From the NCBI RefSeq assembly GCF_006345805.1, contig NC_043000.1, positions 72,044,001 to 72,108,000 on the forward strand: a stretch of 64,000 nt of DNA, written 5' to 3'. Origin of the DNA: Octopus sinensis. Taxonomy: Eukaryota. The notes below the pieces were generated by a model, which was given only the letters and a program-made list of their open reading frames with translations, did not search any database and had not been told where the DNA came from. Shown here piece by piece: positions 51,905-64,000 of the stretch. How positions within the stretch are numbered: position 1 is the first letter of the stretch; the number at the start of each line of letters is the position of its first letter. The position numbers and the translations under genes were made by a program.

Positions 51905-53530
51905 TTACAAATGTGTACCCTCTCCCCGACTGTGTTGCCTTATAACTACCAGAAAAATGGATACTTTTAACGAAATTTTCAACAAATACAGCTTATATAT
52001 TGATTCAGTGCATGTAGGAATTTGTGAGGAAGAATTTTTCTGAGGAGGTGGGGAGAGGAGTTTCGGAAAATTCACACGATCCAAATTTTTTCCCTCATAA
52101 CTTTCAAGAAAATGGATATCTTTTAATGAAATTTTATACATATACCTTTCAAAGATTATGATTATAAAGAAATTTGTGGGGACATTTTTTCGGTGCGGTG
52201 GGGAGAGGAATTTCGGGTCAGGAAGACGAAATAAGTTGGAACTACTGCATTTTGACGGGGATTTTCTCCATTTTTTGAGTCACAACCTTGGAAATGATGG
52301 TGTGTGTGTATGTGTGTGTATGTGTGTGTATGTGTGTGTGTGTGTGTGGTGGGGTCGTCTTTTTATGAAAAACAACTTTTAAAAATCACCCCATTCCTTC
52401 CCATCTCACTCTGGACCGATTTTGGCCGGTATATTTAAACTTAAAAACCATTTTCAAAGGAAAATGTGTACGATTCAAGGGAGATTTGGCTGTTGTTTCT
52501 AGCACACCCCAAACCACCACCCATTTTCGCTCTAACATGTATTGATGGTTTTTTCAATATTCTTCTCCCATTAAACACATTTTATGGAATGATGATACGG
52601 AAGTAACACACGTGTGGTCCATTGGTGGAATAAAATAACAAAAACATTGTAATTTAAATTTTACCTACACCTCAATCAAACGAAGCCGTGTGTGTGTGTG
52701 TGTAAGCAAAAAATATTTTCTGACAGAAAAGTAGCTATTAAGATTAATAATCTTTTACATACATCTTTATTTTAAATCACTGTGGATAAATGCCAGCAAT
52801 TACCTTCTCAGGCTCTCCAATGTTTTAAATTATGAACAGAAACAACCGAGGGCACAGTTGCAAAAACAATCATCAATTTTTTTTAATAGTGTATAAATGT
52901 ATTTATGGGGAGAAAAATATTGGAAAACATCAATACATTCGAGAGTAAGAAAGAAAGGAGGAGGGTTGTCTTAGGATGTGCTAGAAACAACAGCCAAAAT
53001 CTCCCTTAAACGAGTCACTTTTTCCTCTGAAAATATTAACAATTTTTAAAAATATTTTTTTACCGAAAAGGTTCCTCCCATGGTTTTGAAGTGCAAATCA
53101 AATTGGCCAAAATTGGTCCGGAGTGGGATGATGAGGGGAAGAGGTTGTTAAAAAATGGGGGAAATCCCCGTCAAAACAAAATAGTTTCAATTTATTTGGT
53201 CTTCCTGATCAGAAACTCCTCTCTCCACTCCCTCACAAATAATTCTACCCATAAACTTCTTTATAATCGTAATCTATGCCGTTTGAAAGGTATTTGTATA
53301 AAATTTCATTAAAAGCTATCAATATTCCTGAAAGTTATGAGGGAAAAAGTCAGATCTTGTGAATTTTCCGAAACTTCTCTCCCTACCCTTTCGGAAAAAT
53401 TCTTTCTGATAAATCCCTGCGTACACTGAATCCACAGCATCTAAGCGGTATTTGTTGAAAATTTCGTTAAAAAGCATCCATTTTTCTGGATGTTATGAGG
53501 CAACATAGTCGAGGCAGGGTTACAGATATG
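51905..53530. repeat. Inverted pair of a diverged dispersed repeat (Helitron-associated family)
   Basis: ~51905-52153 is the reverse complement of ~53281-53530, and ~52380-52580 of ~52890-53150. Confidence 0.65.
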
Positions 53531-53745
53531 TAGTTAAGCCGAGAGTCTCTCTCTTCTACAAATCGTCGCTGCTCTTCTCTGCTGTATTGCAACTCATGCA
53601 ATAACTCCAAATTGCCAATATCCTGATTAGCGACAATATTGTTTGGCGTTGGCAAGTTAAAGTCACTAAGACTTTTGCCCAGGTCGTTAAGTTTGTCTCC
53701 AAAATACAGAAGACATTGATCATAATGTCTCTTGCTTTTCTTCCC
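53525..53745 (-). pseudogene. Helitron Rep/helicase linker fragment
   Basis: HYDQCLLYFGDKLNDLGKSLSDFNLPTP...ELLHELQYSREEQRRFVEERDSRLN resembles the segment preceding the PIF1 helicase of Helitrons. Confidence 0.65.
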
Positions 53746-54284
53746 TTTCAGAATTAGCGTTTCTTCCCTTTCAGAATTATGTTATTTTGAGTGTATTTTC
53801 CCATTATGCACCATTTGGCTATTTATGGAGGTAGCCAAAAAAAAAAAAAACCACTCGTATCTCGGGAATTCGTGGTCCGATTTACGCAAACTTGTTTTAT
53901 TCCGTTTGTAGTCACATTTCACGGATATTTTTCTTTCAGAGAATTTTCCTATTATGCGCCGGTTTGGCTGTATTAAATTACAGACACACATACACACACC
54001 TTAATTATTTTGGGTAATGTGAGGCGCGTAGATTAGTCTTAGGGTATTGCACTCATGATAGTAAGAATGTGGTTTCCTAGACCGGGTGATGCGTTGTGTT
54101 CTTGAGAAAAACACTACATTTCACGTTGTACCAGTTCACTCAGCTGGTAAAAATGAGTAACTCTGTGTCGAAACGTCCAGTGGAATGCACAGTGGAAATT
54201 ATATACGGCACAGAATCCGAGAAATTAGCCTTATGAGTTTATGGCTCGGGAAGGATCATTGATCCCTTTTTTATTCTTAGTTAC

Positions 54285-54333
<49 letters not shown>

Positions 54334-54345
54334 TAAGTACATCCA

Positions 54346-54656
54346 ACCTAACTTGGATGTGTTGTTTATAAACGCCTGAGACTGCGGTAAAGGTCGTGTA
54401 AAAGACAAATGTCAAAGAGCTAAAAACAGAATCTGTTTACCTGATTTTCGGTCTTGTATTCGGTGTCTGTCTGTTGCTGTGATCCGAAATACGGCAAAAT
54501 CACTTGATACAACAGTGCCATCCGCCGGTGCAGACAAATTATCGTCAACTTATGCTATCTATACTTTTTAACATTTGTCATCTACACTGAATGAGTTCTC
54601 GGGACGTTTACCGCAATCATAGACGTTGAAAACAACACAACTAAGGTTAGATTGCC
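54346..54656. mobile_element. Old MITE with imperfect ~48-bp TIRs
   Basis: caacctaacttggatgtgttgtttataaacgcctgagactgcggtaaa versus inverted tttaccgcaatcatagacgttgaaaacaacacaactaaggttagattg. Confidence 0.55.
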
Positions 54657-54703
54657 ACTTAATATTCGTTACAACGTCTACTTCTGTCGCTGATAGCTAA
54701 TAT

Positions 54704-54786
<83 letters not shown>

Positions 54787-54930
54787 TACTTGTATACACA
54801 CGCATACAAACACGTGTACAGAGACTGTAGGGAGAGGGGGGTGAAAAGAGAGAGAGAGAGAGAGTATAATATATACATATATAAATGTTTGCTTACAAAC
54901 GCACATGCATGCGCAACATACACTCACTCC

Positions 54931-54966
<36 letters not shown>

Positions 54967-55041
54967 TCAAGCGCAACATACACTCACATACACAAAAATA
55001 TAAGTGGAAAATGTTGCCAATTTAAATCTTTAATATTTCAG

Positions 55042-55483
55042 ATAAGAGTTGGTGTTTTGTCTTTTAGTAGCTGGCCTAGTATCAATATCTACCTAAAGGA
55101 ATCGACTGATCGTGAAAGCATCCAGAGAAAAATTGAAGTTATAAAACATCAGCAAGGAGATATGACCAACACAGATGCTGCTTTAAATATGCTCGCAGAC
55201 ACTATGTTTAAACCCGAATATGGTGGTAGAAAAAATGCTGAGCATTTAGCAATCCTGCTAACCGACGGAGTGTCTTACAATCCCAAAGCCACACAAGCCG
55301 CTGCAAAAAGATGTCATGATGCCAATATCAAGATAATTGCTATCGGAATTGGTGACAAAATTAACAGTGAAGAACTGAGAGATATTGCTAGTGAACCAAA
55401 GAGCCGGAATTTTCTCTTTTCAGCAGATTTCACTGCCCTGAATCGTATAGAATCCGATGTTATCCAAAGAACATGTCAAGAAG
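55042..55483 (+). CDS. vWA-domain protein exon (remainder of the domain; matrilin/collagen VI-like module)
   Basis: tttcag acceptor, gt donor, 442 nt, phase 0-to-1; IRVGVLSFS...TNTDAALNML...GGRKNAEHLAILLTDGVS...IKIIAIGIGDKINSEELRDIASEP...FTALNRI...TCQE. Confidence 0.93.
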
Positions 55484-55599
55484 GTACTGTACATTATAAT
55501 TCAAATAATATGGAAGTATTTAACTATACTTTGAGGGAATATATATATATATATATATATATATGAATTGATTGCATCGCAATCATTAACACTTATGTA

Positions 55600-56470
55600 T
55601 TAACTTTGTTGGGTACTTCACCAGCAGTATATTGGATATATGTTATCCCATGGAGGGTTGCATTTACAACCCCTATCTCAATTTGTATTTTGTATATATA
55701 TCTCCCCTCCCACTCTCTCATCAACCCGCCTCTTCAAACCCACAGATTCCAACCTCTACCCCAACTTCTTCTCCTCCCATCCCCCCACACCAAACGAGTC
55801 ATCTCCTGCGCTCGTCTAATCGATAGCACAACACCAATCCCCACATTAATCCTCTAACAGCACCCTCTTTCTCCTCTTTTCCCACCCCTCCACCCTACCT
55901 CTCGTCGGAGGATCCTACGGGCTTTCCGTCGTCTCTAGCTAGATCCTACCACCCGTCCCATTTTCTCCAACCCACCCTTGTCCTTCTTTAAACGCGTCAG
56001 TAACCTACGCAATCTACTGGTCCGTAGCACCTTCTCCTCTTCTCCCCATCCCCACCCGGATCCTTCCCTTGCTCTAGATCCCGCTGCCAACCTGCCTTTT
56101 CATCACCTCCCTCACTGGATCCAACCAGCACACTCTCCACATTAGAAACTCCTTCTCTTGTACCTCTTCAAGCCTTATCTATTGCATTAGATGTAATATC
56201 TGCAATAAATTCTACGTTGGTTAGATGGGCCGCCGGCTGGCCGACCGGTTCACCGAACATCTCAGAGATGTTCAGCTACACACGAACACCCCCATCGCCC
56301 GTCATTTCCGCTTGGCCAACCACTCCCCCTCTAATATCTCCGCCTTTGCCCTCGCCCTGCACTACGGATCCACACACTTGCGTCTCCGCCTGGAACAGCG
56401 TTACATTTTCAATCTACAAACACAAATTCCTTTCAGACTCAACACAACCCCCTCCTCTTAACGACTGTCT
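55600..56470 (+). pseudogene. Penelope-like fragment (GIY-YIG)
   Basis: NLRNLLVRS, FSCTSSSLIYCIRCNICNKFYVG*MGRRLADRFTEHL...IARHF. Confidence 0.85.
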
Positions 56471-56799
56471 CTATAAACTCCTTAATAAAAGCAACTTTTA
56501 TTTTTTTAATTTTATTCTATTTTATTTCATTTCATCTTATTTTATTCTCCCTTATACCCACTTACGTTTTACACTGTTACTCTTTTCTCGATTTTGTATA
56601 GTTTTCTTTCTGTCAAATTGTTTAACTTTTCAATTGCTTTATTTTCTATAATTGTATTAATTTCTATTTTATCCCTTTAATTTTTATTATCTTATTTTTT
56701 ACTTTTTATCTTGTATCAGTTATTTTTTGCAATTTTTTACATCTTGTATCCATTGCCCTTCCCCCTTTATTTATGGATCTTATTTTACTATATTTTATT

Positions 56800-57560
56800 T
56801 TCTTTCTCTATACACGCACGCATAAATACACACACACGCAAAAATACACGCACTCGCGCACACACATGAACGCACATATATTTCCCACACATACACAAAA
56901 CACACATACATGCACATACCTACACACATACACGCACACAGACACATACACACACGTACATACAGACGCACACACGTGCATACACACGCACGCACACACG
57001 AACGCACATATACCTTCACATAACACAGTCCCACACACACACTCACATACGCATAGGCCCATACACACGCACACATACATACACACATACACACACGCAC
57101 ACATACACGCACACACGTCAATGCACATATCACACATATATATCTCACACACCACACACACAGCATGCACATACATGCACACACACAGCATGCACATACA
57201 TGCACACACACACAAATCACACACATGCATGCGCGCACGCACACACACGTACACACACGCACACACACACATACACACACACGCACACACATACTTCAAA
57301 CTGCCAGTGAAACACCTTTCTACTGACCATTCCTCTACGCACATGTGAAGAGACACACAACTACACAAAGGACCATCACTCCAGTTACCATGCTGCTAAA
57401 TTCTTCTTGCGACATTAAGGAACACAAAGTTCACTCATACATACACATATAAACAGCCCAAACCACACAACACATATACACATATGCACACACACACGTG
57501 CTATAACACACACACACACACACTTGCGCGCACGCACATACCCACACATATATGCACATA
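56800..57560. repeat. Degenerate (CA)n-rich low-complexity tract
   Basis: Direct reading. Confidence 0.9.
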
Positions 57561-57812
57561 CCTCTTTCTCTTACACTTTCCTGTCTTAGAAAGAAAACCC
57601 ATTCCCTTCCGGTCATTTCAAAATGTAACCACATGTGAATCGTTGGCGATTTTCTTCCGTCTTCCTTTCTATTGGACTTTCCTCTGTTTCAAAGCATCTT
57701 TCTTTCCTTCCTGGATCGTCTGCTAATACTTTACGTGTACCACGTCCTCGCGTTGTTGATCTTTTGAGTTTGTTCTTTTTTGGATTTACTATATATATAT
57801 ATATATATATAT

Positions 57813-58505
57813 AAGCAATAAAGGGTTTAGCAACGAATTGCCTTACCACATACCGAATTTAGAAATAGCAGTCAAAGAGTTATAGCAATTTCTTCTACTA
57901 AAAAGGGAGATCTCAGTAAAAACAGCAATTGGAAGGCAGACACAAACAGGTAAGAGAGAATGAATTGACGGCAATCTATCATACAATTTTAAGTTATCTA
58001 CGGACGCACGTTTCGAAATCAAGTTTTTAGGAAAGCATAAGAATTAAATATTAAATAATTCTACCTTACCAAAACTTCTTTTCTCTTCAGCGTAGAATAC
58101 TATAATCATAAATGATTATATATTGAATTTTGAGATACTAGAAGGCACCAACTCAACTCAGTATCAGAGCGAGCTAGAATCCGCAACTAGTATCACCAAA
58201 TTCAATGTGTGAATGAAAAGATTGTGTCACCAGCCCCTTCCCACCCGCGTGTAGCCAAAACAAGATGCTGTGGTCATCTACTGAGATAAAATATGGTTAT
58301 CCGTAATAATGAAGGGTGAAATTAATTAATTTGGAATAATTATCAATTACACCAAGTAGTCTTCGGCATGTAAAAGCCTCATTCGAGGAAAATTAAAGTA
58401 ATACTAAGCAATAAAGGTTTAGCAACGAATTGCCTTACCACATACCGAATTTAGAAATAGCAGTCAAAGAGTTATAGCTATTTCTTCTACTAAAAAGGGA
58501 GATCT

Positions 58506-58508
<3 letters not shown>
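57813..58508 (-). mobile_element. Second copy of the ~585-bp hammerhead element (period 593, ~103-bp terminal redundancy) between (TA)n tracts
   Basis: Colinear with 97-680; 57813-57915 is repeated at 58406-58507. Confidence 0.8.
57997..58096 (-). ncRNA. Type I hammerhead ribozyme with canonical core
   Basis: tctacg-ctgaaga-gaaa...tttc-gaaa-cgtgcg-tc-cgtaga. Confidence 0.8.
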
Positions 58509-58545
<37 letters not shown>

Positions 58546-59147
58546 TATACGCACACACACACACACACACACACCACACACACACATATATATATATATA
58601 TATAATATAGGATAAATGGCCAGCATATTAAAAAATACCTTTAAAGGTTAAATTTATAAACAACTTATAAACAAGGGCGAAAGAAAAAAAATTCTAATGC
58701 TAAAATATGCCGAAACTAGACACATTGTCCATAACCATATAATTCATCACTATAAGTACGTGTCTCGAAGAAAGCCGACTGAAATTTCTAAAAAAAACCG
58801 TTATTACCATATCGGACCCGATTTCAGAGTTAGTTTATAACCACCTTCTCTTCGTCAATGATAAATGCGGCAAAGGAATAAATGAAATACCTACTTATAC
58901 CCACGGGAGAAACAAACACTAAGTCATGAGCACAATTAAGTACCCCAAATATATCCACAATAGAAATTCTCCAGCCCATTCGAGACACGTGCGATTCGAA
59001 CTGAAAACTCTCAAAGAGTGAGAGAGTCCGGAAGTGAACACTATTAAATTTACATCTAATATAGGATAAAATGTTTCGAAAAAAATTTTATCAATGACCA
59101 GCATATTAAAAAATACCTTTAATAAGTAAAAAATACCTTAAGTAAGT

Positions 59148-59192
<45 letters not shown>

Positions 59193-59224
59193 TTTATTTT
59201 AAGCAGCAGAAAATTCAACAAAAT

Positions 59225-59262
59225 CTGTTACTCTGAGTTTCTCGTTGCCGTTCATCAGACAG
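59225..59262 (-). ncRNA. Minimal type I hammerhead (sense copy)
   Basis: ctgt-ctgatga-a-cg-gcaa-cg-a-gaaa-ctcagag-ta-acag. Confidence 0.7.
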
Positions 59263-61363
59263 TTTTTGCTATAGAATGAACTTATATATTAATTCAAACT
59301 ATACTCTTACAAACGCTACACCTTTAAAAAGAAATGGACTTGTTTGATTGGCCCTTTAGAAAAAACGGTCAATCTTCGAGCGATAAACAAAAAGATCAAA
59401 AATATATGTATATATATATAAAAAAACTTATAAAAATTATAAAATCCGAGGAAAACGAGGAAAAAAACCTATTGCCGTTAATGAAGACAGTACAAATTAA
59501 TGCATAGAAATTAAACCTGTTATAAATACTGCAATACATATTTATATTAAAATCTACATATATATATCAACATACACAAAAGGATGCGCGTAAACGCCAT
59601 ACATACATATACAGACGTATGAATATGAATCTAAATAACACATAAAAGCATGTGTACATATTCACGCAAACCGTCTCGCACGCAAGCTAAAATTCATCTA
59701 TGTAGCAATTCTCATATACTGAGCAAGGAGGGGGGAACGAAAGAAAGGGAAAGAGAGAAAAAGGAACGAAGGAGGGGTGGGGAAAAAACTTGTAACGATG
59801 TTATTGGCATCTATAGAGACCAGTATACATACACAAGTTTGAATTGATACATATACATACCGTCGTGTATATGTGTGCTTAAGCAAGCATACTTTCACTT
59901 ACACATACACAGATACGCATGCTTACAATACATATGCTTTGCTATACACATACTTATATAAACATTCTAATTTTGACAACATTGCTTTTTTTAAAAAAAA
60001 CATTGCTTTTAAAAAATGGGTGCATTAATAAAAATATATACGAAAGACATATAAAATAAAATATAACATCCTATTTTGGGTCATTTATAAATAATCAAGG
60101 TAATATAAATAATCAAGGTAATCCTATGCAATACAATAACATGAAAACAAAGTTTGTAGGTTTTTCCTAATATATATGTAGAAACAAGACTTTGCTATAA
60201 ATCCGTCGTAGCGCTCAAGATTCAAAATCGAAATCAAAAATCAAAAATACAAAATATATACTCTATCCATATGGTATATTTATATTCGACATTTTAAATT
60301 TAGCCGCGTGCCTACATAAGTTCATTAACTCACTTCTTTGATTCAAAGAATTATTGTCTTGGAATAAGATGTGCATTTTTTCTAATAGGCAGAGTCTGCA
60401 CTTGAAATTATATTTGTAAGCTCCATGCCTGTATGGTGCCGCCCTGTCCAGAATGCTCCATGTCACGTTGAAAGGTGGGGCTTCCTTTTCTTTTAGTTCC
60501 CAGACATATTTTGCTAGGCTGGTTTTCTTCCTATTCTCTGGGTATTTAAAAGAATTCTTATGAGAATAAAATCTTGTTTTAAATGAATTTTCTGAAGCCC
60601 CTGTGTATGTCTTGTATTCCGATGAGCCTTCCACTTGCACCTTGGCTCTATAAACTACTCCTTTCACTAGACATTTCCCTTCTAACGGACAGGAGCTTTC
60701 CTTTTGGAAATTACATTTCTTAATGGGCTCGGCACCATGTCTAATCTCAATTAGCTTCCTATTATGTTGGCTAATGTAAGAGGCGCGAAATTTCTGCAAC
60801 AAGAATAGCTAACCTTCAGGGTTCTTCTATTAAATATTCTGTAGAATTTATGACCCTGCTAAAATGCTTAGAGACTAATCTCAAAAATTCCTTACCTATA
60901 TTAGTCTTTACGGCCAAATTGAAAGCCGGGTTGAACCACAAAACTTTCCTGGTCCTAGTTCTTCTTCGTGCAGCATTATTATTAGCATTAAGCTGGTTGA
61001 ACTGGATCTTCTCCGAGAATCCACTATTCTTTAATGCGCTATCGTAATAAGGTGCAGCATTATGGAATGCTGCCTCGTCCGAAGAAATTGAAGATATTCT
61101 TCTACCTACATTGCTGACTAAGTTGCTAAGGATAACTGGTGGATGGTTCGAATCTTTGCTAATATACGATAGCTTTTCATTGGGCTTACGGAAAGGTTTA
61201 AATCTATCCGATCTTGCATTAAAATTTACGTCTAAAAAATCTACACTATTCAGGTTAGCATCTATCGTGATCCGGCCAATCAAACAAGTCCATTTCTTTT
61301 TAAAGGTGTAGCGTTTGTAAGAATATAGATTGAATTAATATATAAGTTCCATTCTAGCAAAAA

Positions 61364-61401
61364 CTGTCTGATGAACGGCAACGAGAAACTCAGAGTAACA
61401 G
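61364..61401 (+). ncRNA. Minimal type I hammerhead (inverted copy, identical to 59225-59262)
   Basis: Same motif; predicted cleavage after 61397. Confidence 0.7.
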
Positions 61402-61505
61402 ATTTTGTTGAATTTTCTGCTGCTTAAAATAAAGCATATTACTCTACCACTGGTATTTGAGTACTCTTTTTTCCACCTTGTTTCACATTTATGTGTTTAC
61501 TCCGG

Positions 61506-61543
<38 letters not shown>

Positions 61544-61557
61544 ATATATATTATTAT

Positions 61558-62332
61558 TATTATTAGTGAATTGAAGAAATGGAGCTGAACGAAGATTGAA
61601 CAGAAATCGTTTTATTTCATTCTACACGTGTTTCGAAAGGCTTTGTTTTTGACGACGGGGGGTTTCTTTGACAAGGCATGATTAGACGAACACACACACA
61701 CATAAAACATAAAATATTTTTCTGCCGCCCGACGGTTTTTACTGCAGTGACCATTGTGTAGAGCTGTTTAACAACTGACAGCCGCGCGATCAAACGCACA
61801 CACGTACACAAAAAATGTTTTCTACCCCTTGACGGAGTTCTCAGCAGTGACCAGAAAATAGCGCTTCTTACCAACTTGCGCCAGCATACATATATAGAAC
61901 AGTAAACACACACATGTCTCTAAGTAGATTTTTTCTCGCCCCATATAATACATCCAATATTCTTTAAATAGTCAGAACTTTACTCTCGGTCACAAAGAAC
62001 ATCTACACACCCCGTGCCCTCACCCACAGGAATGACCGCTGCCTGACCCGTTAAAATCTTCAACGCACCCACCACCCGTTCTCAACATACACTGATAAAC
62101 AGTTTGACCATGGGCTCTTAGGAGCCTAGTTCGATTTGTTTTGCTCCGCCTCTGTTCTGTTTTTGTTTTTTCCAACGGATTTCCTATTTCTTCCTGAAGA
62201 GAAAGACACAATATGGTCTCATTATTCAATCGGATTTTGGTAAATTGTGCCTTCCGAAACACGTGTAGAATGAAATAAAACGATTTCTGTTCAATCTTCG
62301 TTCAGCTCCATTTCTTCAATTCACTAATAATA
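61558..62332 (+). mobile_element. ORF-less ~775-bp element with a hammerhead and ~84-bp inverted termini (non-autonomous PLE-like)
   Basis: 61558-61641 is the reverse complement of 62249-62332 with one mismatch. Confidence 0.7.
62186..62276 (+). ncRNA. Type I hammerhead with long stem II
   Basis: atttcttc-ctgaaga-gaaagacacaat...attgtgccttcc-gaaa-cacgtg-ta-gaatgaaat; predicted cleavage after 62267. Confidence 0.75.
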
Positions 62333-62479
62333 TTAAAATTCAATTATCCGCACCAACGCACGGTTGCAACACCATATGGTTGTACCTCCAACCGTGCTGT
62401 CTTCTGCTGTGATTTTTGCTACCAAGGTATCGGTTAAACTTTTGATTAATCTGCTACAAGATTATTCATCTTTCTATTT

Positions 62480-62557
<78 letters not shown>

Positions 62558-63299
62558 GCCGAACTAACAAGTCGAGTGTTAATGTGTCTCTCCTAAAGTT
62601 TAAAAAGACCTCCAAGAGATCGATGTTATCAGAAGTGAATTTTGTCTGTAAAGCAAATATAAATGAAAGTACGACAAGACACTGTATTTGAGAAGAATAT
62701 TTTCGCTTTTGATATAGTATTTGCGACTAGAACATACCTCGCGAGCACATGTGTTACTTCCTGAAGTCGAAGTGAATTTTGTCTGTGAAGCAACGACAAG
62801 ACGCTGTATTTTTGAGAAGGATATTTTCGCTTTTGGTGTGGTGTATCCGTGTGTTTTGAAAACATCTGAAAATTTGCTGCCTCATACCAAATTGCTTAAA
62901 TATTGATCTCGCAAAGGGATCGAAACATAAGAAAATATTGAAAATATTGCATCTACGAACATCGGAACTCTATTCTTTTCTTTTGTTTACAAAATACAAG
63001 TAAAGAATACAGGAATATTGAAGGTCTGTCTTTTTATCTTTCTTTCTTCTAAAACAGAGTGAAGGTAAGTGTTCTCTCAGTCGGAAGGTAAGGAAAAATA
63101 TTATTTATTATTAGTGTTCTCTCAACCAGAAGATAAAAAACAAAAAAACGAAAACAAAAAACAAAAACAAAAAAACATTATTTATTATTATTAATAATTG
63201 ACGATCTTACGGTTCTAAGATCGCCAAATAATACATAGATATAATCGCGATTATAAATATAAAAGATATAAGAATACACGCTATCTGACTATCTGTGTA

Positions 63300-64000
63300 A
63301 CCTGCCATACTCTCTCTATCTCTTTCTTGTCTCTCCATCCATCAGACCCTCTATTTACGCTCTCTCTACCCCCCTCTCTCTCTCTGCCATCGTTTCTCTT
63401 TCTGCATCTTTCTCTCAGATCAACTTTCTCACATCTCACCCCCTCTCTGTTCTTCTACTTCACTCATTCTCTCTTATATCACTATCCCACCCTCTCTCTT
63501 TCTCTCTCTCTCCCTCTCTCTCTCTGTTACTCTCCCTCCCTCTCTCTGCCTCTCTTCTCTCCGCTCCTTCACAGATCAAACCCCTTTATCTCTTCTCCTT
63601 CTGTCCCCTTATTTCTTTCTCTACACCACCCTCCCTGTCCCTTTACCACATTCTCTTGCACCTCTATCGCACCCTCTCTTTCCCTCTCTCCTTTTTATTC
63701 CTACCTTTCCTCTCCCTGCTCCCTCTAAGGTTCACCCCCTTGTCTCTTTTTTCCTCTCTCTGTCTCCTTTCCCCACACCACCCTCTCTGTCCCTTTACTT
63801 CACTCTCTGGTACCCCTATCCCCCCTCTCTCACCCTCTCCATTTTATCTCTCTGCCTTTCTTCTCCCTGCTCCCCCTAAGGTTCATCCTCTTGTCTCTCT
63901 TTCCCCCTGTCCCTTTACTTTCTCTCTACCACACCTCTATCCCGCTCACTCTCCCCCTGTTGACCTGCCATTCTTTCTCTTTTCTCTCAGGACAATCCCC
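63300..64000. repeat. CT-rich low-complexity region with an imperfect ~150-bp tandem unit
   Basis: ctccctgctccc(t/c)ctaaggttca recurs at ~63710 and ~63863. Confidence 0.85.

Larger units (their letters stand above)
59193..61435 (-). mobile_element. 5'-truncated Penelope-like element with long 3' UTR and inverted pseudo-LTR
   Basis: ORFs 60816-61283 (VDFLDVNF, SNHPP) and 60263-60802 (CLVKGVVYRA, YTGASENSFKTRFYSH, CRLCLLEK); 59193-59354 is inverted at 61273-61433. Confidence 0.9.

Noticed and set aside
58604-59122. ~470-bp segment with short terminal direct repeats and gccgaaactagac
   Set aside because: No CUGANGA core or cleavage triplet on either strand; family unclear.
62630-62835. Imperfect ~137-bp tandem duplication
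   Set aside because: Only two diverged units with no coding or structural signal.

Overview
AT-rich, microsatellite-dense animal genomic DNA. The SINE families and repeat style resemble an octopus/cephalopod genome (inference from recognised repeats, not from a search). Nearly all of the window is transposon-derived: one non-autonomous Gypsy LTR element with intact termini; CR1-, RTE-, HERO-, Tx1/L1- and several R4/Dong-type non-LTR elements, the Dong copies piled into (TAA)n tracts; at least four Penelope-like (PLE) fragments; Tigger/mariner/Tc1 remnants, Helitron pieces, MITEs and tRNA-derived SINEs. The only clear host gene is a + strand von Willebrand factor A (vWA) domain gene, seen as two exons (50615-50756, 55042-55483), the first with a 1-nt frameshift, plus a possible upstream micro-exon. 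The most striking unexplained signal is RNA structure: about ten type I hammerhead ribozyme motifs read by eye. Two lie in diverged copies of a ~585-bp ORF-less element and show compensatory base changes (retrozyme-like). One apparently non-circularly permuted hammerhead lies in the 3' UTR of the HERO element. There is also an 815-bp spacerless palindrome. All folds were paired by eye and none was computed.
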